Assembly: GCA_043772715.1 (NCBI GenBank)
Contig: JAYVFW010000193.1
Location: 1-45,825 of the forward strand
Direction: 5' to 3'
Source: Phormidesmis sp.
GTDB taxonomy: Bacteria > Cyanobacteriota > Cyanobacteriia > Leptolyngbyales > Leptolyngbyaceae
DNA length: 45,825 nt
Shown here: positions 10,101 to 19,635 of the stretch, in pieces
Position numbering within the stretch: the stretch's first letter is position 1
Layout: every line of letters starts with the position of its first letter
Program-made: the position numbers and the translations under genes
The notes under the pieces: model-generated
What the model saw: only the letters and a program-made list of their open reading frames with translations
Database searches by the model: none
What the model was told of the DNA's origin: nothing

Positions 10101-10320
10101 CAAAAGGGGTAAAAACGTAGAATCACCCAATGATGATCTAATTCTCAGCATTGCCGCAGAATTAGAATCAGCAACGTTTTACCAGCAGGTGGTGGTATTG
10201 TACCAGACTCATCTGACTCGGCTTGGTCAAGCAGTGAGTCCACAGATTCTCGAAGCTGAGGAGTCGTCGATCGAAGACACCGATTTTATGGCTGGGTACT
10301 CGACTTACAAGCAGGTCTGA
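7105..10320 (+). CDS. Plasmid-type primase-helicase replication protein (Zn finger, Toprim/DUF3854-like, SF2 helicase, HTH)
   Basis: N-terminal CQICGD..KC..C; LVEGVGAKP and YPDAG Toprim-like motifs; Walker A PPGGGKS; Cys cluster C..CSTCPLREPC; LLIDE; FLDGT; QAIGRLR (motif VI); C-terminal HTH VTQSAIAAISGYRQQYLSR. Confidence 0.75.
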   Translation: MSDFTSTRRKNPCQICGDIKGKCRETSRIWLCMTFADALQPVQGFDFIGQTKDGLWGKWVEASDISWTDQERDRWRQEQSLKRQQRNDAEAQRRAASLDARERDRYNRQILNSLTLHPSDRANLHQRGLSDEQVTKWGVKSVEQWQKLEHELPYTLPGISLTGDSLNVPGAGYLCPIPDVEGFLVGFQIRLRDGDLRYLWLTGATKKRPNGPTPHLPNGELPLAVHRPEQVVRRTIALVEGVGAKPFITAERQGQVTIGAAGGQFASSPKTLKASLDRLASELDTKTIDFYPDAGAIHNHHVMRQYRATWKLLRRGGYEVRVAWWGQETKAASDIDELEDLSAIVWLTTAQVEAMAHPRLDWLEQIKKRLQQKSTPMDSAAALRVTLDESQIHEYAIGDRLSAWKTAIAQGYRYVLDSSPPGGGKSYDAGDVKPEMFAAKQIIYLSDQHRNPTVETLDSANGWVDLEARHGGLTRETTPGGGTRLRRSGKGDAPSVAANCNRNQVIATLRAKHVNGADTAATICSTCPLREPCSHSEGSGYGFLNQRRSALLSTNLRAHLDSLPHSKDYSLADTVLLIDEPGQTFQSKQNLLVTLSDLEQTILKLVGHSQLFEAVQSLLVALIPYLDKSEKIGRFGISHPQLMQKLPSPIVDLEALNQVLSPDLSFLNTTAEHGVDLADLPRQLRKKFSERDAQTAEQAEERVVKQWLPDFVRVLKGQIPGASMRVGYQGLMLTLPDHRSRAIAQAAKAVIFLDGTLHPLDLALKLDCKPQEISVCRQITPKLQNLKLTQVTDLGRMGMQRGADQQKRAAAIVAHYLQADPATKVIDFKKFVENGMGAWWRDSRGTNDFEQINKLILIGTPCRNLADLQAEYAVLMRAYPDENDRSFKAFTDRAILADIHQAIGRLRAHRRPNESLEIIFLSNFPLDVPTCKVKAIEITLEAATKWERFVLAVEAAIASLNAAGKKVTQSAIAAISGYRQQYLSRHWVLLQTLLELSNSKRGKNVESPNDDLILSIAAELESATFYQQVVVLYQTHLTRLGQAVSPQILEAEESSIEDTDFMAGYSTYKQV

Positions 10321-10391
10321 TTAAAGATCTAGATATTTCAACCGAAGGCAGGCACCTCTACCCTAGTTGCCCCACGCTTTTAGATGAATGA

Positions 10392-10448
10392 CCCTCACCC
10401 CTAGGAGAGGGGAGCTAGAAATCTTGTTTCCTCTCTTGGGGGTGAGGG
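10392..10448. repeat. Cyanobacterial intergenic inverted-repeat element / possible terminator
   Basis: Arms CCCTCACCCCTAGGAGAGG (10392-10410) and CCTCTCTTGGGGGTGAGGG (10430-10448), 17/19 complementary. Confidence 0.7.
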
Positions 10449-11097
10449 CAAATTCGCTGGTTCATACCCGGCAGCAACACCCAAAAAACGGCTACTTCAC
10501 AAAAATTGTGGTCACATTCAAGTGCGATACGATCAGTTTCATCGCTAAGACTTGCAAGATTTATGATGACTTTCAAAGATAGTCTCAGCTTTCCTTTTGC
10601 GCTCTATGCGTGGTCGAACTCGCGTTAAACAGAGGTCGATCGCCCAACCCAAGCGAGTGAATCATCCAGGGCAGAAGTCAGTTTATACACGGCATCCAGA
10701 TTAAAGATTATATAAAGCTCTTAGCCCTCCAAGGTTATATAAAGCCGATCTTAGATATTATTCGTAAGAAGTAACATGTAACCCCTGAGACAGATGACAT
10801 GGTTGGAACCATTCTTGAAACAGTATCGCCTTTGCTCTTCTGGTGATTCTTCGTTTGAGCGAAATCTCCGACCTATGTAATTTTGTTTGTCTTTGAAGTT
10901 GAGGTGCTAGTGTTCAACACTTAGCTGCTTCGTAGCTTGGTTGAAACTTCCTGCTTGAACCAGTTGAGCCGCACTGGCTCTTCAAAACCTGTTTGAGGGG
11001 TTAGGAGAAAGCTGCTCTTTCTTCAATACAGTGGTTTTTAGATAGGGATGACTTAGAGCTTTAAACCTTTATTTAAACTTGGACTTTTTACAGAAAA

Positions 11098-14000
11098 ATG
11101 TATACGGAAATCAAGAATGAAGATGGGTTTGATCACATAGAAAATAATGATTTGAATCAATCGGAATCAGTCTGGAGAAGATCGCTAAAAGGAGAAACCG
11201 CCTTCACTCCTCTCTCGATCGAGAAGAAGAGTTCGAGAGCCGGAGCCATTGAGTATCGAGAGCAGGAAGCCCTTTTCACGCCTACGTTTGAGCAGCAGGT
11301 TAAAAAATACAATCTAAACCTCAGCACTTTGCTTCATGGGAGTTGGGCATTACTCTTGAGCCGATATAGTGGCGAAGAGAATGTGGCATTTGAGAGTACG
11401 ATCGCCGCCGCTTCTCAAGGGCTTTTCTCTGTTTATACCTCCTTCTTGATGGCAGTTACGGTTACTTCAGAAGTTTCATTGTTGCCCTGGCTGAAGCAAC
11501 TTCAGCAACAGTGGGTAGCCTTACAAGCTCAGGGAGATTTGCCTGACGCAGTGCCAGCGCAGAGTCATCTTCCACCAGACACCCCCCTATTTGAAAGCTT
11601 ACTGATTCTGTCAGATCTGTCTGTTGGCTGCGATCGCCCTGAAGACCAGGAATCCAGGTCTGAATCGCTGGATTGCCCCTTGACTATTTTTGCAGACGTT
11701 GCAACAACCTTGAGGTTACGCATTCGCTACGATCGCGATCGCTTTGAAGATGCCACAATTACCCGAATGTTGGGGCATCTTCAAACTCTGCTAGAAGGGA
11801 TGGTTACCGGTCTAGATGCCAATCCCGAACAACGGCTTGCAGATATTCCTTGGCTCACTGCTGCTGAACGCCATCAACTCTTAGAGGAATGGAACAACAC
11901 AACCGTAGATTATCCCAAAGACAAATGCATCCACCAGGTATTTGAGGCGCAAGTTGAGCGAACTCCTGATGCGATCGCGATCGTGCTACCTGCCTTCAAT
12001 TCTCACGCCGAGAAACAGTTAACTTACCGAGAACTGAACGATCGGGCGAATTACCTCGCGCATCAGCTTCAACAACTTGGGGTCAGATCCGAGACGTTTG
12101 TGGCAATTGTTATGGAACGGTCAGTGGAAATGATCGTTGCCATCCTGGGCATTCTGAAAGCTGGTGGAGTATATGTGCCCCTTGATCCAGCCTATCCTCA
12201 AGAACGGCTGGCGTTTATGCTGGAAGACTCTGACGCACCCGTACTGCTGACGCAATCTCACCTGAGCGATCGGCTTCCGACTCACCAAGCTCAAGTGGTT
12301 TGCTTAGATGCCAACTGGGGAGCAAAGGTCCCGTCCAATTCAGTTTCGCCAGGTTGTTCCCTGAGTTCCGATCATCTTGCATATCTCAACTATACATCGG
12401 GTTCAACGGGTCGTCCCAAGGGCGTAACGATTCCTCATCGGGCCGTTTTGCGGTTGGTGTTTGGCACTCGCTATGCTCATCTAGATGCCAATCAGACACT
12501 CCTGCAACTCGCACCGATTTCTTTCGACGCTGCCACGCTAGAAATTTGGGGAGCCTTACTGCATGGCGGACGCTGTGTTTTGTTTCCAGAGAATGGCCTT
12601 CCCGATCCTCAGGATCTCGGCAAAGTGATTCGTCACTACCAAGTCACAATCTTGTGGCTGACGGCTGCTTTGTTCAACACCATCGTCACCGAAAACCCAG
12701 AAGCGCTAAGGGGCATCCAAGAGCTATTGACGGGAGGCGAAGCGCTTTCTGTGTTTCACATTCGACAGGCTCAGGAACAATTGCCTGAAACCCAACTGAT
12801 CAACGGGTATGGGCCAACCGAAGGAACCACGTTTACCTGTTGCTACCGAATTCCCGCTCCGCTTGATCGCGCGTTGACGACGATTCCCATCGGGAAACCG
12901 ATCGCCAACACCCAGATTTACATTCTGGATCAGCAGCTTCAGCCAGTGCCGATCGGGGTGCCAGGAGAACTTTATATTGGTGGCGACGGACTCGCCCGAG
13001 AGTATCTCAATCGTCCTGATCTGACTCAAGAACGGTTCATTGCTAATCCCTTTGGTGATCAGGCGACTCGGCTTTATCGAACCGGGGATTGGGCTCGCTA
13101 TTTGCCAGATGGCAGTGTGGACTTTATTGGACGCAAGGATAGCCAAGTCAAGATTCGCGGCTACCGAATTGAGTTGAGCGAAATTGAGGCAGTACTCAGC
13201 CAACATGAGGCGGTTCGCGATGCAGTTGTGATTGTTCGCGAAGATTTGCCCGGTGATCCGCGCCTGGTTGCTTACATAACACCCCACCAGGCATCGCCCG
13301 ACCCGCGCCAGATTCAGACTTATCTCAGCCAGCGATTAGCTGCTTACATGGTTCCTACTGCCGTTGTGGTGCTAGACAAACTACCTTTAACACCTAATGG
13401 CAAAGCCGATCGTAGAGCGCTCCCCAAACCTACGATCGCGGTCAGCGCCGACTTTGTGGCACCCAACACTCCCACTGAGAAAGGACTAGCAGAGATTTGG
13501 GGTGCGATTCTCAGCTTGAGTCATGTGGGAATTACAGACAATTTCTTTGACCTGGGCGGGACATCGATTCTGGGGTTGCAACTGGCTTCCCGCATTCAAA
13601 AGCAGTTTAGTGCAGATTTTCGGACAGTTAAGCTTTACCAGTATCCGACGATTCGTTCTCTCGCTCACTATCTCGATCACAAATCTGATGCTAAGGAACG
13701 TCCATCGCTTCAGCGGCGATCGCAGCTATTCTCTAACGAGCCGCAAACTGAAGGGGTGGCAATTGTAGGAATGGTGGGGCGGTTTCCGGGTGCCAACAGT
13801 GTAGAAGACTTGTGGAGCAACCTTTGTGCAGGTGTGGAGTCAACCACGTTTTTTAATGCTGACGAGATCGACCCCAGTGTTGATCCGAGTCTCCGCGATG
13901 ACCCTAACTACATTCGTGCGAGGGGCATTGTTGAGGGTGCCGAGACGTTTGATGCCAGCTTCTTTGGGATTAGCCCTAGAGAAGCGGAAGTCATGGACCC

Positions 14001-17000
14001 CCAGGCAAGAGTGTTTCTAGAACTGGCGCACCAAGCACTAGAGGATGCAGGCTACTCGCCAGAGCATTATCAGGGATTGATTGGGCTGTATGCTGGCTCT
14101 GGACAAAACACCTATTTTGAGCGACACCTTTGTGGTCGTCCAGAGATCATCGATCGCCTGGGTGCCTTTCAAACCATGTTGTCAAACGAAAAGGATTTTC
14201 TGACAACGCGCACCTCTTATAAGCTGAATTTGACCGGACCCAGTGTCAGCGTGAATACGGCTTGCTCGACCTCCCTGGTTGCTGTGATTCAAGCATTTCA
14301 GGGATTGATGACGCATCAATGCGATGTCGCGCTTGCCGGCGGGGTTTCGATTACGACACCGCAAAACACAGGGTATTTGTATCAGGAAGGCAGTATGCTC
14401 TCCCCCGATGGGCACTGTCACCCCTTTGATGCCAATGCTCAGGGCACCTTGTTTAATAGCGGGGCAGGCATTGTGGTACTAAAACGGCTGACCGATGCTT
14501 TGGAAGCAGGCGATCGCATTTATGCCGTTGTCAAAGGGGTTGGCATCAACAATGATGGGGCAGAGAAAGTTAGCTTCACAGCGCCTAGCGTTCATGGGCA
14601 GGCAGCGGCGATCGCGATGGCCCACGCCTCGGCTGGATTTGATCCAGAAACGATTACTTATGTCGAAGCTCACGGGACGGCGACTCCCCTGGGTGATCCG
14701 ATCGAGGTCGAAGCCTTAACGCAAGCCTTTCAGCTTCAGTCAAGCGCCAAACAGTATTGTGCGATCGGCTCTATCAAGAGCAACATTGGTCATGTGGTAG
14801 CGGCGGCAGGGGTTGCAGGTCTGATCAAGACGGCTCTATCGCTCTACTACAAGCAGATCCCACCCAGCCTCAATTTCGCGTCCCCCAATCCCCAGATTGA
14901 TTTAGAGAACAGTCCTTTTTACGTCAACACTCAATTGACCGAGTGGCAAGCAGACGCGCCTCGTCGAGCGGGCGTGAGTTCTTTTGGGGTGGGAGGGACT
15001 AATGCCCATGTGGTGCTAGAAGAAGCGCCCGTTGTGTCGCCGTCAAGTCCGTCTCGCCCTCAACAATTGCTGCTGCTTTCTGCAAAAAACAGCACCGGAT
15101 TAGAGCAGGCTACGGTTAATTTAAAGACTCATCTGCAACAGGCTTCTGAAATTAATCTGGCTGATGTGGCTTACACACTGCAAGTCGGGCGAAGATCCTT
15201 CAATCATCGCCGCTTTGTGGTCTGTCGAGATTCAGAGGCCGCGATCGCGGCCCTAGAAAGCGCTTCAGCCCAAGCCCCAACCCGGCAGACCGACCTTCGT
15301 GATCCCAACGTCGTCTTTATGTTTCCGGGGCAGGGGTCACAGTCAATCAACATGGGTCTGAGTCTCTATCAACAAGAACCTGTGTTTCGGGAGGCGGTCG
15401 ATCGCTGTGTTGACCTGTTGCAGCCTCTGCTAGGTCGAGACTTGCGAGAGGTGATCTATCCCAAAAACGGCAACAGCCAAGAGGCGGCAACGGTTTTGCG
15501 GCAGACGGTCTACACTCAGCCTGCTTTGTTCACCATTGAATATGCACTGGCTCAACTCTGGTTGCGTTGGGGCATTCAGCCTGCTGCCATGATCGGGCAC
15601 AGCATTGGTGAGTTTGTGGCGGCTTGTCTAGCAGGAGTGTTTTCTCTCGAAGATGCCCTCAAGCTGGTTGCCACACGGGGACGACTGATGTGGGAACTGC
15701 CGCCCGGAGCGATGCTGTCTGTTTTATCGCCTGCTGAGGTGGTAGAGAAGCGGTTGGGCAAAGATCTGGCGGTCGCCGCCATCAATGGGCCGTCTCTCTG
15801 TGTCGTATCGGGGGCAACAGAGGCAGTCGCCGCGCTGCAAAAAGATCTGGAAGCTGACGCGATCGGGTGCCGCCCGCTCCATACCTCTCATGCTTTCCAT
15901 TCACCCATGATGGAGCCGATTATCGAACCCTTGGCGGCAGTCGTCCGCACTATTTCGTTATCGGTGCCTGAGATTCCCTTTGTTTCAACCGTTACGGCGG
16001 ATTGGATCACCGATGCTCAGGCGACCGATCCCTTCTATTGGGCGAGTCATCTCCGAGCAACCGTGCGCTTTGCAGAAGGCGTGCAAACACTTTGGCAGCA
16101 ACCAGAACGGGTGTTGTTAGAAGTGGGTCCTCGCACCACTACCACCACGCTGGCACGGCAGCAGGCGAAAGACCCGAAGCGACAAATCGCCATCTCCTCA
16201 TTAGGCAGCTCTACCGAGGGCGATGCTGAGTGGACGAGCTTGCTGAACGCGATCGGGCAGTTGTGGCTGGCAGGCGTGACGATCGACTGGAACGCCTTCT
16301 ACGCCGACGAATATCGTCATCGGCTACCCCTGCCTACCTATCCCTTTGAGCGCCAGCGCTACTGGATTGATCCTAAGCCTGCGATTCCTTCAGAGCCAGA
16401 TCGTTCTGCCTCCTTTTTAGCCCCTGTTAAAGGGCAACCTATTCTTGATCCTCAACTTAAACCGATTTCTATCCCAGAGATTGCTATTACCATGACAGAA
16501 TCCCGGAAGCAACGCTTGATTCCTCTTCTTAAAGAAGTTTTTGAGTCCACCTCTGGACTAGACATTGCCAGTGTCGATGAAGCGACCACATTTCTAGAAA
16601 TTGGGTTGGACTCGCTTTCGCTGACTCAGGTTGCTCTAGCCCTCAAGAAACAATTTAAGGTCAAGGTCACGTTCCGAAACTTATTGGAGGAGTATTCCAA
16701 CCTGGGTGCCCTAGCTGAGTTTCTAGATCAGTCGATGCCTGTAGAGGTGCTTTCTCCTCCAGTTCCCGCTGTCCCGGCGGCATCCCCGGCGATCGCAGCG
16801 TCCACCAACAGCTCAAATGGTCATCACCCCCAAGTTGCCTCAGGTTCCACCTCGATCAATCCTGAGAAGGCTGACGCGATCGCAGCCTTAGTGGCTCAAC
16901 AGCTACAAATTATGACGCAGCAGCTACAATTGTTGGGTCAGACGGGCGCATCTATAGCTCCCACTTCAGCCCCAGCATCTAGCGCCCCAGAGCCAGCTTC

Positions 17001-18606
17001 TGTCAATTCAACCCCTGTTCCCCCTGCTGCTGCAATCGAACCCAAGCCCAAGTCGTTTGGTCCCGGGGCAAAAATTGAGAAGTCTAGTCACAACACCTTG
17101 ACGGCGACCCAGCAGGCTGACCTTGATCGTCTGATTGCTCGCTATCTCAAACGCACCCCCACCTCTAAGCAGCAAACTCAGCAACATCGCCGCTATCTGG
17201 CTGATCCTCGCACCGTCTCTGGCTTCTCTCCTCTGCTCAAAGAAATGATCTACCCGATCGTCATTGAGCGATCGTCCGGGTCAAAGCTCTGGGATGTAGA
17301 CGGCAATGAATATGTGGATCTGACCAATGGCTTTGGCTTAAACTTTTTTGGCTGGTCGCCTGACTTTGTAACGGAAGCGGTCAAAGCCCAGTTAGAGAAG
17401 GGGGTCGAAATTGGACCTCAAACGCCCCTGGCTGGCAGAGTGGCTCAAATGATTACAGAAATGACTGGGGTAGAGCGAGTCGCCTTTTGCAATACAGGGT
17501 CTGAGGCGGTGATGGCCGCGATGAGATTGGCGAGAACCGTGACTGGACGCAGCACGATCGCGATCTTCTCGGGTGGATATCACGGCACCTTTGACGAGGT
17601 GATTGTTCGCAGTGCTTCTAAGCTGAGGTCACTGCCTGCTGCTCCGGGCATTATGCCGTCAATGTTTGAGAATGTTCTGGTTCTAGAGTATGGAACGCCT
17701 GAGTCCCTGGAAATATTGCGCGATCGCGCTGATGATCTCGCCGCCATCATGGTCGAACCTGTGCAAAGCCGTCGTCCTGAACTGCAACCCAAAGCATTTT
17801 TACAGGAGATTCGCCAACTGACTGAGCAATTAGGCACGGCTTTGATCTTTGATGAAGTAGTGACTGGGTTTCGCGTTCATCCGGGAGGGGCGCAGGCATA
17901 CTTCGGGATTCAGGCAGACCTGGTGACTTACGGCAAAGTGATCGGGGGAGGCTTACCGATCGGGGTGGTGGCTGGCAAGTCAGAATACATGGATGCTCTA
18001 GATGGGGGCTTCTGGCAGTTTGGCGATGCTTCTTTTCCTGAGGTCGGCGTGACGTTTTTCGCTGGAACTTTTGTGCGCCATCCTCTGGCCCTGGCAGCAG
18101 CAGAAGTCGTTTTGAAGCGACTCAAGGCGGCAGGCTCAGACCTTCAGCGCTCTCTAGCTGAGAAGGTCGATCGCTGTGTGACTCACCTCAATCAACACTT
18201 TGAGCAAGTGCAGGCACCGATTAAAATCAATCACTTTAGTTCGTTCTTCTATGTCACTTATTCCCACGATTTTGCGTATGCTGGGTTGCTGTTTTACCTG
18301 ATGCGCGAAAAGGGAGTTCATATCTGGGAGTATCGCCCTTGCTTTTTTACGCTGGCGCACTCTGACCAAGACATTGAGTTTGTGACACAGGCATTCAAAG
18401 ACAGCGTTGCCGAACTGCAAGCGATCGGGTTTCTGCCTGGAGTGGGTGCTAATAGCCTGTCAGCAAGTGAGGCTGGAGTGAGCGATCGCAACCGTCCGTC
18501 TCAACCGGGTGCTCGGCTAGGACGTGACCCGCAGGGCAATCCTGCCTGGTATGTCCCTGATCCGGAGCGATCTGGAAAATACCTCCAGGTTGGAGCAGTT
18601 TGCTAA
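11098..18606 (+). CDS. Hybrid NRPS/PKS: half-C - A(Val) - PCP - KS - AT(malonyl) - ACP - class III aminotransferase
   Basis: A: YTSGSTGRPKG, NGYGPTE, PNGK; PCP: FFDLGGTS; KS: TACS, EAHGT, KSNIGH; AT: GHSIG, HAFH; ACP: GLDSL; aminotransferase: FDEVVTGFR, TYGKVIGGG. Confidence 0.95.
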   Translation: MYTEIKNEDGFDHIENNDLNQSESVWRRSLKGETAFTPLSIEKKSSRAGAIEYREQEALFTPTFEQQVKKYNLNLSTLLHGSWALLLSRYSGEENVAFESTIAAASQGLFSVYTSFLMAVTVTSEVSLLPWLKQLQQQWVALQAQGDLPDAVPAQSHLPPDTPLFESLLILSDLSVGCDRPEDQESRSESLDCPLTIFADVATTLRLRIRYDRDRFEDATITRMLGHLQTLLEGMVTGLDANPEQRLADIPWLTAAERHQLLEEWNNTTVDYPKDKCIHQVFEAQVERTPDAIAIVLPAFNSHAEKQLTYRELNDRANYLAHQLQQLGVRSETFVAIVMERSVEMIVAILGILKAGGVYVPLDPAYPQERLAFMLEDSDAPVLLTQSHLSDRLPTHQAQVVCLDANWGAKVPSNSVSPGCSLSSDHLAYLNYTSGSTGRPKGVTIPHRAVLRLVFGTRYAHLDANQTLLQLAPISFDAATLEIWGALLHGGRCVLFPENGLPDPQDLGKVIRHYQVTILWLTAALFNTIVTENPEALRGIQELLTGGEALSVFHIRQAQEQLPETQLINGYGPTEGTTFTCCYRIPAPLDRALTTIPIGKPIANTQIYILDQQLQPVPIGVPGELYIGGDGLAREYLNRPDLTQERFIANPFGDQATRLYRTGDWARYLPDGSVDFIGRKDSQVKIRGYRIELSEIEAVLSQHEAVRDAVVIVREDLPGDPRLVAYITPHQASPDPRQIQTYLSQRLAAYMVPTAVVVLDKLPLTPNGKADRRALPKPTIAVSADFVAPNTPTEKGLAEIWGAILSLSHVGITDNFFDLGGTSILGLQLASRIQKQFSADFRTVKLYQYPTIRSLAHYLDHKSDAKERPSLQRRSQLFSNEPQTEGVAIVGMVGRFPGANSVEDLWSNLCAGVESTTFFNADEIDPSVDPSLRDDPNYIRARGIVEGAETFDASFFGISPREAEVMDPQARVFLELAHQALEDAGYSPEHYQGLIGLYAGSGQNTYFERHLCGRPEIIDRLGAFQTMLSNEKDFLTTRTSYKLNLTGPSVSVNTACSTSLVAVIQAFQGLMTHQCDVALAGGVSITTPQNTGYLYQEGSMLSPDGHCHPFDANAQGTLFNSGAGIVVLKRLTDALEAGDRIYAVVKGVGINNDGAEKVSFTAPSVHGQAAAIAMAHASAGFDPETITYVEAHGTATPLGDPIEVEALTQAFQLQSSAKQYCAIGSIKSNIGHVVAAAGVAGLIKTALSLYYKQIPPSLNFASPNPQIDLENSPFYVNTQLTEWQADAPRRAGVSSFGVGGTNAHVVLEEAPVVSPSSPSRPQQLLLLSAKNSTGLEQATVNLKTHLQQASEINLADVAYTLQVGRRSFNHRRFVVCRDSEAAIAALESASAQAPTRQTDLRDPNVVFMFPGQGSQSINMGLSLYQQEPVFREAVDRCVDLLQPLLGRDLREVIYPKNGNSQEAATVLRQTVYTQPALFTIEYALAQLWLRWGIQPAAMIGHSIGEFVAACLAGVFSLEDALKLVATRGRLMWELPPGAMLSVLSPAEVVEKRLGKDLAVAAINGPSLCVVSGATEAVAALQKDLEADAIGCRPLHTSHAFHSPMMEPIIEPLAAVVRTISLSVPEIPFVSTVTADWITDAQATDPFYWASHLRATVRFAEGVQTLWQQPERVLLEVGPRTTTTTLARQQAKDPKRQIAISSLGSSTEGDAEWTSLLNAIGQLWLAGVTIDWNAFYADEYRHRLPLPTYPFERQRYWIDPKPAIPSEPDRSASFLAPVKGQPILDPQLKPISIPEIAITMTESRKQRLIPLLKEVFESTSGLDIASVDEATTFLEIGLDSLSLTQVALALKKQFKVKVTFRNLLEEYSNLGALAEFLDQSMPVEVLSPPVPAVPAASPAIAASTNSSNGHHPQVASGSTSINPEKADAIAALVAQQLQIMTQQLQLLGQTGASIAPTSAPASSAPEPASVNSTPVPPAAAIEPKPKSFGPGAKIEKSSHNTLTATQQADLDRLIARYLKRTPTSKQQTQQHRRYLADPRTVSGFSPLLKEMIYPIVIERSSGSKLWDVDGNEYVDLTNGFGLNFFGWSPDFVTEAVKAQLEKGVEIGPQTPLAGRVAQMITEMTGVERVAFCNTGSEAVMAAMRLARTVTGRSTIAIFSGGYHGTFDEVIVRSASKLRSLPAAPGIMPSMFENVLVLEYGTPESLEILRDRADDLAAIMVEPVQSRRPELQPKAFLQEIRQLTEQLGTALIFDEVVTGFRVHPGGAQAYFGIQADLVTYGKVIGGGLPIGVVAGKSEYMDALDGGFWQFGDASFPEVGVTFFAGTFVRHPLALAAAEVVLKRLKAAGSDLQRSLAEKVDRCVTHLNQHFEQVQAPIKINHFSSFFYVTYSHDFAYAGLLFYLMREKGVHIWEYRPCFFTLAHSDQDIEFVTQAFKDSVAELQAIGFLPGVGANSLSASEAGVSDRNRPSQPGARLGRDPQGNPAWYVPDPERSGKYLQVGAVC

Positions 18607-18711
18607 CCCGTCAATCTAGACTTTTGCAGCTAGAACGCTTGCACCCCGTGCATCTTGCGGATGTGAAATGCTAACTATACAGGAATGTAAAGGGGATGGC
18701 GTGCCGCGTTA

Positions 18712-19554
18712 ATGTTGTCTATCTCGGAAGGTACAAAGTTGAAACAGGTCTTTAAGGAATTGGTGAACAACTTTCCAATTGTGTCTGACTACTACGCTTA
18801 TCATCGACTGTTTCCCAGAACGGTGAATGCTTTTCGGGGTGTGTTCTCCTCTTTTGATGAAGCCTTAAAAGCGGTGCCCCAACAAACGTTAGCTGGATAT
18901 AACCATTCCGATTTACATAACGCGCCAGTTAAGCTTAATTGCACTCAGGCGGATATGGAAAAACTCAATCCGATCGACTATCCCGTTTTGGTCTGGTTGA
19001 GGAACGCTTTTGAGGATAGTTCTACGGTCTGTGATTTGGGCGGAAATACGGGCAATAGCTATTATGCCTTTCGCCGATACATTCCCTATCCAGAAAACTT
19101 GCAGTGGACGATTTGCGATCTGCCAGAAGCCGTCAAAGCTGGCGAAGCCATGCGCCAGCACACCGATTGTCCTGGGTTGTCTTTCACCAGCGATCTAGCA
19201 ACCGTTGAGCAGTCTGAGATCTTTCTCACCTGCGGAGCGATTCAATATATGGAACCGTCTCTGCCAGACTTATTGAGTCAACTGAAAACTCAACCGCGTC
19301 ATCTGATTGTGCAGCGGGTGGCATTCTACGATGGCGAGGAGTATTTCACCCTGCAAAATCTTTGGGGTGCCTATGCGCCCTACAAGATTTTCAACGACGC
19401 GAAATTTGTAGCGGTGATCGCAGCGCTGGGCTATGAACTCGTCGATCGCTGGCACATCGATCGCCCCTGTGTGATTCCTTTTCACCCTGAGCGATTTGTG
19501 GAAGGGCAGTCAGGGATGTACTTTCGGCACCGATCCGTGAGTTTGCTCCCATGA
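18712..19554 (+). CDS. Putative methyltransferase (TIGR04325/LIC12133-like)
   Basis: DYPVLVWL, CDLGGNTGNSYY, WTICDLP, GAIQYME. Confidence 0.75.
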   Translation: MLSISEGTKLKQVFKELVNNFPIVSDYYAYHRLFPRTVNAFRGVFSSFDEALKAVPQQTLAGYNHSDLHNAPVKLNCTQADMEKLNPIDYPVLVWLRNAFEDSSTVCDLGGNTGNSYYAFRRYIPYPENLQWTICDLPEAVKAGEAMRQHTDCPGLSFTSDLATVEQSEIFLTCGAIQYMEPSLPDLLSQLKTQPRHLIVQRVAFYDGEEYFTLQNLWGAYAPYKIFNDAKFVAVIAALGYELVDRWHIDRPCVIPFHPERFVEGQSGMYFRHRSVSLLP

Positions 19555-19635
19555 TGATTGTTGAGTAGTTCCATTGCGACTGCGGTTGAAGATTTACATT
19601 GCCATTTACGATACTGTTATTGTCGAGGTTCCCTT

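Noticed and set aside
13750-18430. Microcystin (mcyE) or mycosubtilin cluster because of KS-AT-ACP-aminotransferase
   Set aside because: No other mcy/myc modules (no KR/DH/MT extension modules, no FAAL, no Glu module); the architecture differs.
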